A stretch of DNA of 64,000 bases from Eledone cirrhosa (Eukaryota). The DNA lies in NCBI GenBank assembly GCA_964016885.1, contig OZ024743.1:106082001-106146000 (forward strand), read 5' to 3'. How positions within the stretch are numbered: position 1 is the stretch's first letter; every line of letters starts with the position of its first letter. Under the pieces are notes generated by a model that worked only from the letters and a program-made list of their open reading frames with translations, was not told the origin of the DNA and did not search any database. Made by a program: the position numbers and the translations under genes. Below are positions 51,536 through 64,000 of this stretch, one piece after another.

Positions 51536-52095
51536 TTAGCGATACAAAGCATATAAACATGCACACATACAACTTAAAACATACACATCCACAGATACAA
51601 TAACATCCATATCTGCACGCATGTAGATATGCATATATATCTACATAGTTTATGTCTAAATTCCAATGAAAGACTCAAGTGTCTATGTTAGATACCGACT
51701 CTCCCTGTATTGGTAAAAGTTTATAAAATTATAAAACTAGAAGAACATAGATATATGAATACATACGTACAGACGTACGTACACACATACCTATATACAT
51801 ATTCATATACAATTTCCGCCACACGTTGCAAAGAGAAGATTGGGAAATGCGTATGCTAAAATAAATATATCCTTCTTAATGTTCATTACTCTTTCATTAT
51901 TATAAGACTGCAGACTGATGCATTTCTCGGGTGGCATAACAATAGTAAGTTGTCATCTTCACCGATAAACCTGAAGTAATAGATAAGGCCTTAACTTTAA
52001 CAATAACACACACACACACTCAAACACAAACATGGTCATTTCTATATTCCCATGTATAAAAATATATGCATTCAAATTATATATATATATATATA

Positions 52096-52148
<53 letters not shown>

Positions 52149-52205
52149 CATGTATATATATAATATATATACATATATATATATACATATATATACATAC
52201 ACACA

Positions 52206-52253
<48 letters not shown>

Positions 52254-53050
52254 TTATATATATACACATATGTATATACTATTATAGACAAACACACTCA
52301 CACACATCGTTAATGTGTCAAAGGTATATTAAAACTGTTAGTTATGATATATTTTCATCGTATTGTGTAAGTATATTGATTTCGTTTCCTCTAAGTATTT
52401 GGACACAGTTTGTAGGAATGGTGTAAAGATTGAATTGGCTCTAATAAATACTCTCTACTTATTTTATCGACTCCGAAGCAAATCAGGCGAAATCCACTGT
52501 AGGGAGCATTATAAAGACGACATAAACATGAGAGACACAGTAAACTAAATCATCGATTTAGGCAACTTTCTCTATTAGTTTTGAAAACTATAATAACGTT
52601 GTCAAATATATTGGGTGCAATCTAGCACGGTTAAGCAGACGTTTTAAATATACTTATGTTAGTCTTTCTAAACTGGCGGACTACTTAGAAAAAAGAAGGT
52701 GCCTTTGAATTTATAAGTAATACATAAGTACATACTAAATATCAATCGCTTTTTACCGTCGCTGTTTCCTTCAGCTTTTGCAAGTGCAAACATTATACAA
52801 AAGTAAGTGAAATAAAGAAAGAACAGTTTAAAACACACACACACACACACACACACATTTATATATATATATATATATAATAAAGTATGAATTCCTACGT
52901 GTAAAAAATACATATAGGGAAACAAGTATTATCCAAACTTATGCCAATGTGGTTCTATGGCGGGTTAATAAATTATAAAATCAAAGTCTAGCAAATAGAG
53001 AAAAGGTTTTAGAATAAATTTTTTAAAAATTTGCTGTACTTACTATATGT

Positions 53051-53131
53051 GCCTTTACCGCGGTTTCATGCTCCAGAATAAACGGAAAATCCAAGCGGAT
53101 TTTCATTGAGAAGGGTCAATCTTCAGAAGGC
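53051..53131 (-). ncRNA. Hammerhead ribozyme with branched/extended stem II
   Basis: GCCTT-CTGAAGA-tTGaCC...GGAGCAt-GAAA-CCGCGG-TA-AAGGC. Confidence 0.7.
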
Positions 53132-53404
53132 TCTTCTCCCTCGTAGAATATAAAATTCCCGAGTTCAAATCACAAACTGACGCCATACAAAACCATTCCC
53201 AAATGAGAGCGGATGCTGAAAGAAATAATTATGTCTGGTGCCGTATGCAAAGACAAAAGGCAGGGTGGACAGGTCAATGTCCTGTCACTAGAAATAGCAG
53301 CAGTCCAAACGGCCAAAATGTTATCTTTACCTTAAGGGGAGATCAATAATAATAAAGTATGAATTCCTACGTGTAAAAAATACATATAGGGAAACAAGTA
53401 TTAT

Positions 53405-53484
53405 CCTTCTGAAGATTGCTCCCTTCTCAATGGAAATCCGCTTGGATTTTCCGTTTATTCTGGAGCATGAAACCGTGGTAAAGG
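53405..53484 (+). ncRNA. Hammerhead ribozyme with branched/extended stem II
   Basis: CCTT-CTGAAGA-tTGCTCC...GGAAATCC(gctt)GGATTTTCC...GGAGCAt-GAAA-CCGTGG-TA-AAGG. Confidence 0.8.
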
Positions 53485-53890
53485 CACATATAGTAAGTAC
53501 AGCTAATTTTTTAAAATTTATTTTAAAATATTTTATCTATTTGCTAGACCTTGATTTTATATGTTCGGGCTTGTTAATTTATTAACCCGGCATAGAACGA
53601 CATTGGCATAAGGTTGGATAATACTTGTTTCCCTATATGTATTTTTTACACATAGGAATTCATACTTTATTATTATTGATCTCCCCCTAAGGTAGAGGTA
53701 ACATTTTGGCCGTTTGGTTGTTGCTATTTCTAGTGGCAGGACATTGACCTGTCCACCCTGCCTTTTGTCTTTGCACACAGCACCAGGCATAATTATTTCT
53801 TTCATCATCCGCTCTCATTTGGGAATGGTATTGTATGGCATCAGTTGTGATTTGAACTCCGGAATTTTATATTCTCCGAGGGAGAAGAGC

Positions 53891-53968
53891 CTTCTGAAGA
53901 TTGGTCCCTTCTCAATCCAAATCCGCTTGGATTTTCCGTTTATTCTGGAGCATGAAACCGCGGTAAAG
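53891..53968 (+). ncRNA. Hammerhead ribozyme with branched/extended stem II
   Basis: CTT-CTGAAGA-tTGgTCC...GGAGCAt-GAAA-CCGCGG-TA-AAG. Confidence 0.72.
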
Positions 53969-54116
53969 ACACATATAGTAAGTACAGCGAATTTTTAAAA
54001 AATTTTTTTAAAACTTTTTCTCTATTTGCTAGACCTTGATTTTATATATATATATATATGTGTGTGTGTATATATATGTACATACATACATACATATATA
54101 TATATATATTCAGTAC

Positions 54117-54184
<68 letters not shown>

Positions 54185-54233
54185 GTACTATATATATATA
54201 TATATTCAGTAATATATACATATATATTCAGTA

Positions 54234-54395
54234 CTATACCAACATGCCAGACAACAACACGACGGTAACATAGACAACATAGATATTAGAATAATATCTA
54301 AACATAGAAATGACCCAGCAGATAGGCAAATCAGAGAGGCCAGTGAAATAGAACTTAGAAGGCCAAGGCTAAACACAAAAAATGAATGGAATAAC
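54234..54395 (+). pseudogene. PLE GIY-YIG C-terminal fragment
   Basis: [52 protein letters not shown]; decayed CTGACGA..GAAA motif downstream at 54704-54731. Confidence 0.65.
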
Positions 54396-54940
54396 AACAA
54401 CACCCAAACAAACAACACTGACCTAAGAGAAGTATAAATAAATAAATAAATAGATAAATAAATAAATACATACACAAGCACAATAACAACAAACACATAT
54501 AAACACACACTAGTAAAGATAGAATACATTAACCAATACACAGTCACCCAATCTCGAACACACATCAAACAAAACACTATACACACACGCAAACGCATGT
54601 GCAAAGAAGACAAAAAAAAAACAAACAAATAAATAAATATATAAACAGACTAATTAAAGATGATGTAGAAAATACAATGCAACGGGAGGAAACAATAGCA
54701 TGACTGACGATGTTGCCGATGTGCAGCGAAAACACTTTGATAAGCAATATATATGTGTTTGTGTCTATATTGTATCTGTATTTTTTGCCGTTGGTCAGTC
54801 AATGGCAACATTGAGGACCGAATAAATTAAATTAACCGATATAAAAGACACAGAAGCGAAAAGCGATAACCAACAAAACAGTGAGTGTGTTCTGTTATTA
54901 ATTCTGCCAATATTACACACATATGACCCTCCCCAAGTAT

Positions 54941-54986
<46 letters not shown>

Positions 54987-54987
<1 letters not shown>

Positions 54988-55117
54988 TAGTAACACAACA
55001 GATAGTTCACCATACCGAGAACAATTGTTTGACCTTAGCGGATCTTCAGCTCGTACTAAGATGCACTGAAGTGAAACAATTGTTCTCGATATGGTGAACC
55101 AACTGTTGTGTTACTAC
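54987..55117. mobile_element. Small fold-back element with split hammerhead
   Basis: ~44-bp arms; minus strand 55016-55053 reads CGAG-CTGAAGA-tCC(gctaa)GGt-cAAA-CAATTG-TT-CTCG; the other arm retains GAAA. Confidence 0.7.
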
Positions 55118-55179
55118 ATTCTACCAAACTCGTCACATGGACTGAGTGTTCTACCACTACGCATATTACCTTCCAGTGT

Positions 55180-55255
<76 letters not shown>

Positions 55256-55449
55256 TAAACAAATAATGAATAAACAATTCCTTATATTAATTGTTTCATT
55301 ATTTGTTTAATATTTTATCTTGACTCTGTATACCGTTTATCTTTCACCGAAAGTGGTTTTTCATTACATCTCTTCTTTCCATGATATCCGGAATACATTG
55401 AGTTCTTCATACGGATTGGACACTACCGTAAACTCTTGGTAGATTTATC

Positions 55450-55570
<121 letters not shown>

Positions 55571-56129
55571 AAAAAACATGAGAAGAGGGAAGAATACTGC
55601 GTGGTTGCACATGGGTTACATATGATAAAAATATTCCTTCGTCAGTGATTTTCCAACCATCATTGGTATTTCATCGCATTAAAAATCCTATACCTCAGGT
55701 TGGTGCGAGCAATAACTAAAACAGGTTATTGGGACCAGTAAATCGCGTAAAGAGAGGGGGACAAGTAAACAACATAGAAGGATAAAAGCAAATCAAAGAT
55801 AGGAAAAAACAAGCAACGTGGTTGTCCTGTCAGCATATGCTGGGTGGATTTCATGAGCGAAAGGTACAGACCGTACGACGTGAGTGAGATGTAAGCAAGA
55901 GGAGACCAACTGTAAGCCAAACGGGAGCAAGTGAGAAGGGAAGAAACAGAGAGTGAGTGAGTGGAAGTGCGAGGAAGCGGTCAGTCGAGAGAAAGTGTAA
56001 CTGACAGAGGGGGCGAAAGAAGGTGAGAGAAACAGAGAGAACGGGAAAGCAGTAAGAGAGAAACAGACAAACGCAGCCGAGGTAAATATATATAAAAAAA
56101 ACATGAGAAAAAGGAAGAATACTGCGTGG

Positions 56130-56130
<1 letters not shown>
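55571..56130. mobile_element. Element bounded by ~35-bp direct repeats, in (TA)n
   Basis: AAAAACATGAGAA.AGG.AAGAATACTGCGTGGTT at 55571-55605 and 56096-56130. Confidence 0.5.
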
Positions 56131-56189
<59 letters not shown>

Positions 56190-56194
<5 letters not shown>

Positions 56195-56710
56195 CTGAGT
56201 TTTTCGAATATTAATAATAACATTCGATTCGTTTGCTATTATGCAAACAAGCCTCAATTTTATAGCCATGTCAGTAGAATGAACACTCCTTTCTTGCTCT
56301 TGTGTTCGCATGCGAACATTACTGCAGACACTAATATTTCTTGGTATCACCCTTCATCAGTACAGCTCACTGTTCACCTGCCAAACCGTCAGAGCTAGTG
56401 AAAATATATGCTATTTTTAAAAATACACAGTGCCTGATCGGCCTGATTTGCATATTAGCAGACTGTCTAATCAGTCAGATCTGCATATTAACAGATCCAC
56501 TGATCAGCCAGATTTGCATGTCAGCAGACTGGCCAGTCAGTGTCTGTGCATACGGGCGATAAATGGCCGGCGTTGCCAAATTCACTTCTGTGTGATACCC
56601 AGAAACTCGGATTACATTTATTGTATTCAGCCATGTAGAGCGAAATTTTATTTTTTATATTTTAATTTGGCAAAGCCTGCCATTTATCACTCGTATACAG
56701 GAAACTCACT
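56190..56710. mobile_element. Family D element (second copy)
   Basis: Homologous to 49105-49870, without the SINE. Confidence 0.8.
56322..56365 (-). ncRNA. Minimal type I hammerhead ribozyme, GUC site (family D)
   Basis: CTGTA-CTGATGA-agGGT(gat)ACCaa-GAAA-TA(ttag)TG-TC-TGCAG. Confidence 0.68.
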
Positions 56711-57937
56711 GGCCAGTCTGTAGTTAATTACAAGAATGTAGTTCATTACAAGAATCAGTATAAATATAACATTTGAACACACCAAAACATAAATCCAGGC
56801 TGTTTTGAATATATTATCCTGTGTCTAACCTAAACAGAGATGTACAATACATTAAATATATAATTCCTTAACAAATGTGAGCATTAGCTTAAGTATAATT
56901 ATATATCCTGTTTACATCGAATATATTGTAGAGATTATTCTGCATTAAGCTAGAAATATTACTGACCGTTTTCAAACAAAAATACACCTCTGTTTTACTC
57001 TGGCTCGCATGTATTCTGAGCTGCATCCAATTCTATTACGACTAACGCTTTATTGATTAGTTCCAATAATACCAAAAGGATCCATATTTTTATCTTACTT
57101 ATGAAAATATATGCTATTTCTCTACTTCAGCTCATAGTATTTTATTCTTCACGTTTAATTTAGAACACTTACCATTTGCCTTTAACAAAAATTATCATTA
57201 ATATTAAAGATTCAATAATTCATTACAGCTGCAAATTTAATTGATTTAATTATTTTGTTATGTGGTGGCTTCACACTACTATTCACATTAACTGCCACAG
57301 AATAATTTAACCTAAATATACTTTATCGGCACAGACAAGGTAGTGTTAAATATCGAAACAATCTTATGAAATTGATTTGTTACCATTTTACTACTGATTT
57401 ACGTATGATTAGGTAATCTGAAACTTGAAAATATGATTTCCACAATGCAGATAATTATAGTAACTATAAGAAAATAAATGAATAAATAGGGTAAAGAAGG
57501 TAGGAGACCGGGTAAAATTGTGGACATAGGCGTAACAGTTAAATGTGCTCACCCGGCTTAAGATATGTACCTGGTTCCTGTCCCCATGCAAACGTCTATA
57601 TCCACATCTTTCCATTTCATACTTATTTCATACGATATATTCAACTAGTATCTACAGGTAACTATTAAGATAATTACTTTATTATCAATAATACATTTTC
57701 AAAGTGTAAATAAATTCCATTGTTTTCCTAGTTACCCCCCAGAATATCTGCCCTCAAAATCATTCTGCATAGAAGACATTAACCTACTAAATGGTATAGT
57801 CCTCCCATAGAGTTGAAATGGCTTTATCAACAAACATACGTGGGACTGTGGCATTATACAATATTTGTATATGAAATCACTATATAGCATTCTGCTTCTA
57901 TAGGTAGACGTAATTCAGGAAGCATACTGCATACAAT

Positions 57938-58640
57938 TCTGCTGTTCATGGATGACCTAAAACGTTATTGGAAATTCCGTGAACATATTGATTCACTAGT
58001 ACAGTGAATTCATACATTCCTAACGGACAACGGAATCGAATTTGGCATAAGAATGTGCGGAGTGCAATAACTGAAGCGAGGTAGAATTGATAGGATGGAA
58101 GGAATTGTATTACCAGACTGACAGGTTTTGAAGGAAATTGACGTCACATAAGTATGACATGCGCAGAAATGAAAAATGTTATGATCACCAAGTGGGAACG
58201 GTTATGAAGATGAGCAGAATAAGATCTTTTGGGACATAACCATCCAGTGCAACCATTGTATCGTGGCTGAAACGCTTAAGATTCTTTTCGTAGAAAAAAA
58301 TGTAACACAGGGCAAGTGTTCGCAATATTGCTTCACCGTGGGATAACAGTGAAATACCAGGAGCTGAAGAGAGAAATCAGGAAACTAGGGAGAGTTATAC
58401 ACGTAGAATTGGTACCGATTTGGGTTGGCGCACTGGGAGCAATTATAATGGGTTAGATGCATGGCTTGAGAAGCTAGGCATTACCATCAGGAGGCGACTG
58501 TTGAATAAAACAGCCTTGCGAGGAATAGCAACGAGAGTATTGGAAATGTGACGGAGAAGAAATAACCCTAAGGACTTTTAGCCATTGGCTTTGACTGTCT
58601 CTTTTGGAATGGTGTCGGTATAACATCTATCTGAGCAAAA
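57938..58640 (+). pseudogene. Heavily deleted R4/Dong-like LINE remnant
   Basis: LLFMDDLKRY (RT catalytic motif) and VELVPIWVGALGAI...KTALRGIATRVL (C-terminal endonuclease end); TAA-rich tail. Confidence 0.7.
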
Positions 58641-58645
58641 GTAAT

Positions 58646-58825
58646 AATTGTTTCTACTTTTGTCTCAAGACCAGCAATTATCCCAGTGCATTACTGTTAC
58701 TTTATTTTATCGACCCCGTAAGCATTAGAGGCAAAGTTAATCCCGACAGAATTTGAACTCAGACTGTAAAGAGTCATAACTCTATACTGCATAGCATGGC
58801 GTCCGACTCTCTACCGATACTGCTA
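58646..58825 (-). mobile_element. tRNA-derived SINE, diverged
   Basis: Reverse complement of SINE consensus, inserted in a (TAA)n tract. Confidence 0.85.
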
Positions 58826-59900
58826 AAATAATAATAATAATTATTATACTGAACAAGTTACAGAATTTGTTACATCAATTAGGAACACATACCTTAGAAG
58901 CTAATTGTTCTTCGTTTCACGCTTTCCTGAGCCTTTATAATCTGCAAAGTGTCTATTTCCAAACGGACAAACACATCTTCTCTTAATAGATTTGAATACT
59001 CCGGCTTCCTAAGTGAGAATTATTAAAGTAATTGCCACTCAGACGGAATAATAGCTTACTGATTTAAAAGTGCTGGTTCGGTCAGATGTATTTTGAGGTT
59101 AGACAGGTCAGTGGATTTAGAAAAATTATGTCCATTTGTTTCAACAGCATTTCCATTACCATTTTAATATATACACTATATTGGCATACCTCTGCTGACC
59201 GCCAATCTATTATAGAGTCGTTCAGTGTTTAAAGAATTTGTTCAATAAACTCTCAGGAATTATATTTTTATTTTTACTTTTAAATAGTGCAGAGGCTTCG
59301 TGGTGAAAACCTTTGGAAGATATCCTAAGGATTTGAAATTCCAACGATGGACGTTGCAATTAGCATCTGGTTATTTATGAATCCATAATGAAATGTTAAA
59401 GAATGGCTAAATATATCTAGCGTCATGACTGAATCTCTATATATCAGGATTCATATTGATAGCCGAAATCAATATTTCAACCGAGAATCACTTATTCACT
59501 CACAACAAAAATACGTTACCCCAAAGAAAAAGAAAAGAAAAAAAGTTATGTAATATTAACCTAAATATATTTATAGCTTTGATTCGAGGCAATAGTATCC
59601 ATTTCACAGTAGGTTTCTTGTAAAGTTTTTTTCTTTTTTAACACTCAACTGTCATTAAGTTTCTTTTAAACAAGCCGTAACATTTTAAAATTGGCAATGT
59701 TGTTATTACATCTGAGAGACTGTGTTTCCGAAAAAGGCACGACTCTCTGCAGTCTGATTTCCAAAATTCCAGAGGGCAAGCATGCGTCTGTCCTTTCGAC
59801 GACGATAAAAAGAAGTATGAGTCTATACGCTGTTCAATTTTTCCTTCAGATATCGTTTTTCACTAATTCTCTATCACTTAATCTCACTTACTCTCCGTTG

Positions 59901-59972
59901 GGTTTAGACCTGGAGAAGAGAAGAGAACACCTAGGTTTAGACCTGGAGAAGAGAAGAGAACACCTAGGTTTA
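59901..59972. repeat. Perfect 33-bp tandem duplication
   Basis: GGTTTAGACCTGGAGAAGAGAAGAGAACACCTA x2. Confidence 0.9.
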
Positions 59973-60260
59973 AATGGTCAACCTAGTCTGTATGCCTCTA
60001 AAGTGCCATCGGGAGTTTCGGGTCCATAGATATATACCTTTATATTATATTTATTTGTGTCAATGTGATAACAATTAATTGAACAGTTTTCATTGAATAT
60101 TTTTCTCTAAATCCCTTCATATTAACATGTATTTGAGTGAGCTTTGAAAGATTCGACAAAAGAAGTTTATCCTGAAAGCAACACTACCGCTTAAGTCAAC
60201 AACTCCTACTGATAAACTCACGCACAGATCTGCTTCTCACATCCCCACACTCTCTCATAT

Positions 60261-60378
<118 letters not shown>

Positions 60379-60393
60379 AGTGTGTGTATGTGT

Positions 60394-60438
<45 letters not shown>

Positions 60439-60673
60439 CGAGTGTGTGTGCGTGTATGTCTAATTAGGGTACGCAAACGTTATTACATCATGAGTGAATA
60501 AACAAACATTTTATTTATTAAGGCTATGTAGTCAGTCCTCTTACACTGGAGTTTCACGTGTTTATCACAAGGTCATCAGACAATAAATAACATTTCATAG
60601 CAGACATGATATGAAGGAGAGAAGACTTACGGGAATGGGGATTAATTGAGGAATGGGAATTAATATAGAGTGG

Positions 60674-60759
<86 letters not shown>

Positions 60760-61259
60760 GTGTGTGTGTGTGTATATATATATGGGATAACAAGTTATCG
60801 TTATAGGTAATCCAGTTAGAGGTTGTGAGTACTCTGCGTCGTGGATAGTTTTAAAGTACGGCTTTATTTGGACAACAACATGTTTCCATAGTTAGGCAGC
60901 GAGTTCGCGGTAATTCCTATCCAGATTATACTTGATGTAATCATAGTGAAAGAATGAAGAGTAACATGGTTGCCTGTACAACAAGGGGCTTTGTTTCAGG
61001 TATTGATAATTGTTTCATTGATCAGGTTAGTCTAGAGGTCGGTAATCGCTTGAAGTTGAGACACTCGATCGCCATTACATTATTTACCTCTGATCAACAT
61101 ATCAGAATACGTAGATATCTACGTATACTGATGTGTTGATATATGTGTTTGTGTATATATATATATATATATATATATACAATATGTAAATGGCTTTTAC
61201 AGGACTAGAACTGTTTCATTCGGGAGAAATTATCAGGAAGCCGGGATAAACATATATAT

Positions 61260-61705
61260 ACTAGACCTGAAAAATGCGCAAGTTCAAAAGAGCCGCAGAA
61301 TATTGTAATAAACCATCAAAAGTGTGGGACTAGAGTTGTTGCTCAAAAATATTGTAATCATTATCTATCTTACGCTCTGTGGCATCCTTTTATAAAAAAG
61401 AGATTCATAACGATCTCAAGATGACATGATAATTATATAAACTAATGTTCAATATCTCATATTAGATGTTTAGTAATGATTAATACGAAATGCACTTAAA
61501 CCGAATTCTATAGTATAAATTCAGTTAAATATTTATCGTGTCGTCTTGAGTTCGTTATGAGTCTCTTTTTTATGAAATGATGCCACAGAGTGTACGATAG
61601 ATAATGATTACAATAGTGTTGAGCAACAACTCTAGTCCCACACTTTTGAAGGTTTATTATAACATTCTGTGGCTCTTTTAAGCTTGTGCATTTTTCAGGT
61701 CTAGT
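61260..61705. mobile_element. Fold-back element
   Basis: ~185-bp imperfect inverted arms 61260-61445 / 61523-61705. Confidence 0.85.
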
Positions 61706-62523
61706 TTAATATTTTTTTAAGGCAAAGCTTGTAATAACTCTAGTTACACATGATATATATTAATAATAAATTATCATTGTTATGTAATTAGATTATATAA
61801 TTGTTATTTTATAAATGATCCTATAAATATTATTGTAAGATGTATAAACATATTTTCGGACTTTTAATATAAACAACTACAAAAAACAATCAATATTAAA
61901 TAAATATATTTTACCTAATAATTGTTATAGTTGAATTAATAAAAATTAAATATTACATACAAATAGTCTAACATAATAATAATAAAATAATCCAACATAA
62001 AACGAACAATAATATGGACAAATATACAAGTAAATATGATGCAACCAATATTATAAGCATTTTATAACGAACTGAAAAAAATAGTTAATATTAATTTAAA
62101 AAATCATATATAAATTAACAATATAACTTACCAAAACGAGAAATATATTTTGATGATAAACGACGAAATACAGGAGGAACATTCGAAAACGAAACGTTAA
62201 ATAAACGAGCAAATAATGTGGCGGATGCTTTTGAGCAACAATTACTCTCATTGGTTGATTAGTCAATAAGACGATGAAATTAGCCAATAAGACAATATAT
62301 TACAAAAGATGTTTGGCACGGATCACCATGGCCAGCGAAACCTCTTGAATTTTTTATTCACAAGTCAGACATGCAGACTTAAAGCATACAGTTGTTAGTC
62401 ACTCCGTGTCTAACAGATAAGATTTGCACTATGATTTTATATATTTCATATATATTTACCCTTATCGATCCCTCTTTGGATATTACTATTCACATTTATT
62501 ATTATTATATATATATACAAGGG

Positions 62524-62706
62524 CGGTGGATTGGCAGTATCGGTAGAGGGTCGGACGCCATGCTTTCCAGCATAATTGTCTCTTTACGATCTGAGTTCAA
62601 ATCCCGCCGAGGTTGACTTTGCCTTTCACCCTTACGGGGTCGATAAAATAAAGTACCAGTAATGTACTGGGTAATTGCTGGCCTTGTGCCAAAAGTAGAA
62701 ACAATT
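62524..62706 (+). mobile_element. tRNA-derived SINE, full length
   Basis: A-box, B-box, core and tail intact. Confidence 0.92.
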
Positions 62707-62714
62707 ATATATAT

Positions 62715-62780
<66 letters not shown>

Positions 62781-62785
62781 GTACA

Positions 62786-62845
<60 letters not shown>

Positions 62846-62932
62846 TACATATATATATTTATATATATATATACATACATATACATATATATATATATAT
62901 ATATACATACATATATATATATGTGTGTGTGT

Positions 62933-62971
<39 letters not shown>

Positions 62972-63012
62972 TGTGTGTGTGTGTGTGTGCGTGTTTGTAT
63001 GTGTGTATGTAT

Positions 63013-63076
<64 letters not shown>

Positions 63077-63210
63077 TTTCAGTGTCCGATTTTCTTTTTC
63101 CTCCCGTTCCTTTACCCTCCACTCCAAACCCCCCTTTTAAAAATAATTCTTTTAATGTATTTCAACCACTCCACCACCAACCCTCGGAACTCTCTTACTG
63201 CCTACTTTTC

Positions 63211-63242
63211 TCCTGATGAAGGGCTTCTGCCGGAAACGTCGA
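63211..63242 (+). ncRNA. Very small hammerhead motif, GUC site (family F)
   Basis: TC-CTGATGA-agGGC(ttct)GCCg-GAAA-CG-TC-GA; decayed relatives near 22295, 48962 and 50050-50085 (minus); AAGCGTGAAA.TAATA tail shared with the 22295 and 50050 copies. Confidence 0.6.
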
Positions 63243-63335
63243 CCCCATCCCCCAATCTCAAGCGTGAAACTAATAATAGCATTTGTACTGCCGCTTCGCT
63301 TCCAAGATTTTTTGTTTTCTGTTTACTGTCTCAAC

Positions 63336-63385
<50 letters not shown>

Positions 63386-63391
63386 ATAATA

Positions 63392-63536
63392 ATGGCGTCC
63401 GACTCTTTCAAAATAATTGTTTCTACTTTAGGCACAAGGCCAGCAATTACCAGTTCATTACTGGTACTTTATTTTATCGACCCGGTAAGGATGAAAGGCA
63501 AAGTCAACCTCGGCGGGATTTGAACTCAGATCGTAA
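63392..63536 (-). mobile_element. SINE, truncated
   Basis: Reverse complement of SINE 3' two-thirds. Confidence 0.85.
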
Positions 63537-63711
63537 ATGATAATATTTATAGTTATGTATATACTATAAACAACTATAAACAGGAAAGGTCAGTAATTTC
63601 TTACTACCTTATTATCAGTAAGGAAATAGCTCAATGTAAGAACATCACGTGTTTTACAGAGCAGGAATATAAATATATATAATATATATATTATATATAT
63701 ATAATATATAT

Positions 63712-63916
63712 AACGAAGGAAATGTGGTAAGGAACCAGATGGACCATAACGCACCAAAGTACTCAATATTTAGGGTAGTAGAGTGGGTAATATGAAGGAG
63801 TAGGACTCCGACGGGTGATTCTGGACTAAAATCATTTTAGTCCAGAAATAGTCGTCGAAACGGCTTGAGCTCAGCCGTCGGGGTCCTACTCGTTCCCATT
63901 ACCCACTCTACTACCC

Positions 63917-63918
<2 letters not shown>
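63712..63918. mobile_element. Mini fold-back element, family A
   Basis: Family-A tail in reverse, arms 63771-63829 / 63835-63918, in (TA)n. Confidence 0.8.

Positions 63919-64000
<82 letters not shown>

Larger units (their letters stand above)
52878..54045. mobile_element. Complex fold-back/tandem element with three hammerheads (family E)
   Basis: 52976-53405 inverted at 53615-54045; 52878-52975 inverted at 53573-53675; extra 3'-end copy at 53405-53560; in (TA)n. Confidence 0.85.

Overview
AT-rich, microsatellite-saturated eukaryotic DNA, most consistent with an invertebrate, probably octopus-like, genome (inferred from the repeat landscape). No intact protein-coding gene is evident, and almost all listed ORFs are translations of (TA)n/(CA)n/(GAA)n/(GAT)n tracts. 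The window is a mosaic of decayed mobile elements: three large Penelope-like (PLE) RT/GIY-YIG remnants (one Naiad-type, one Neptune-like, one unassigned), short PLE 3' fragments, a mariner transposase pseudogene, two R4/Dong-like LINE remnants, Helitron pieces and about 13 copies of a tRNA-derived SINE. The most striking signal is a dense set of fold-back (palindromic) PLE-derived elements, mostly embedded in (TA)n. These carry minimal type I hammerhead ribozyme motifs: about 16 with a canonical CUGANGA/GAAA/UH core read by eye, plus family-level core variants (U4C, U4A, U3-A8, CUGAGAA) and very long stem II forms. The Naiad-type ORF has an in-frame TGA exactly at a Cys conserved in a paralogous fragment within the window (selenocysteine candidate). 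Three phase-compatible candidate host exons are noted at low confidence. All coordinates and folds were derived by eye.
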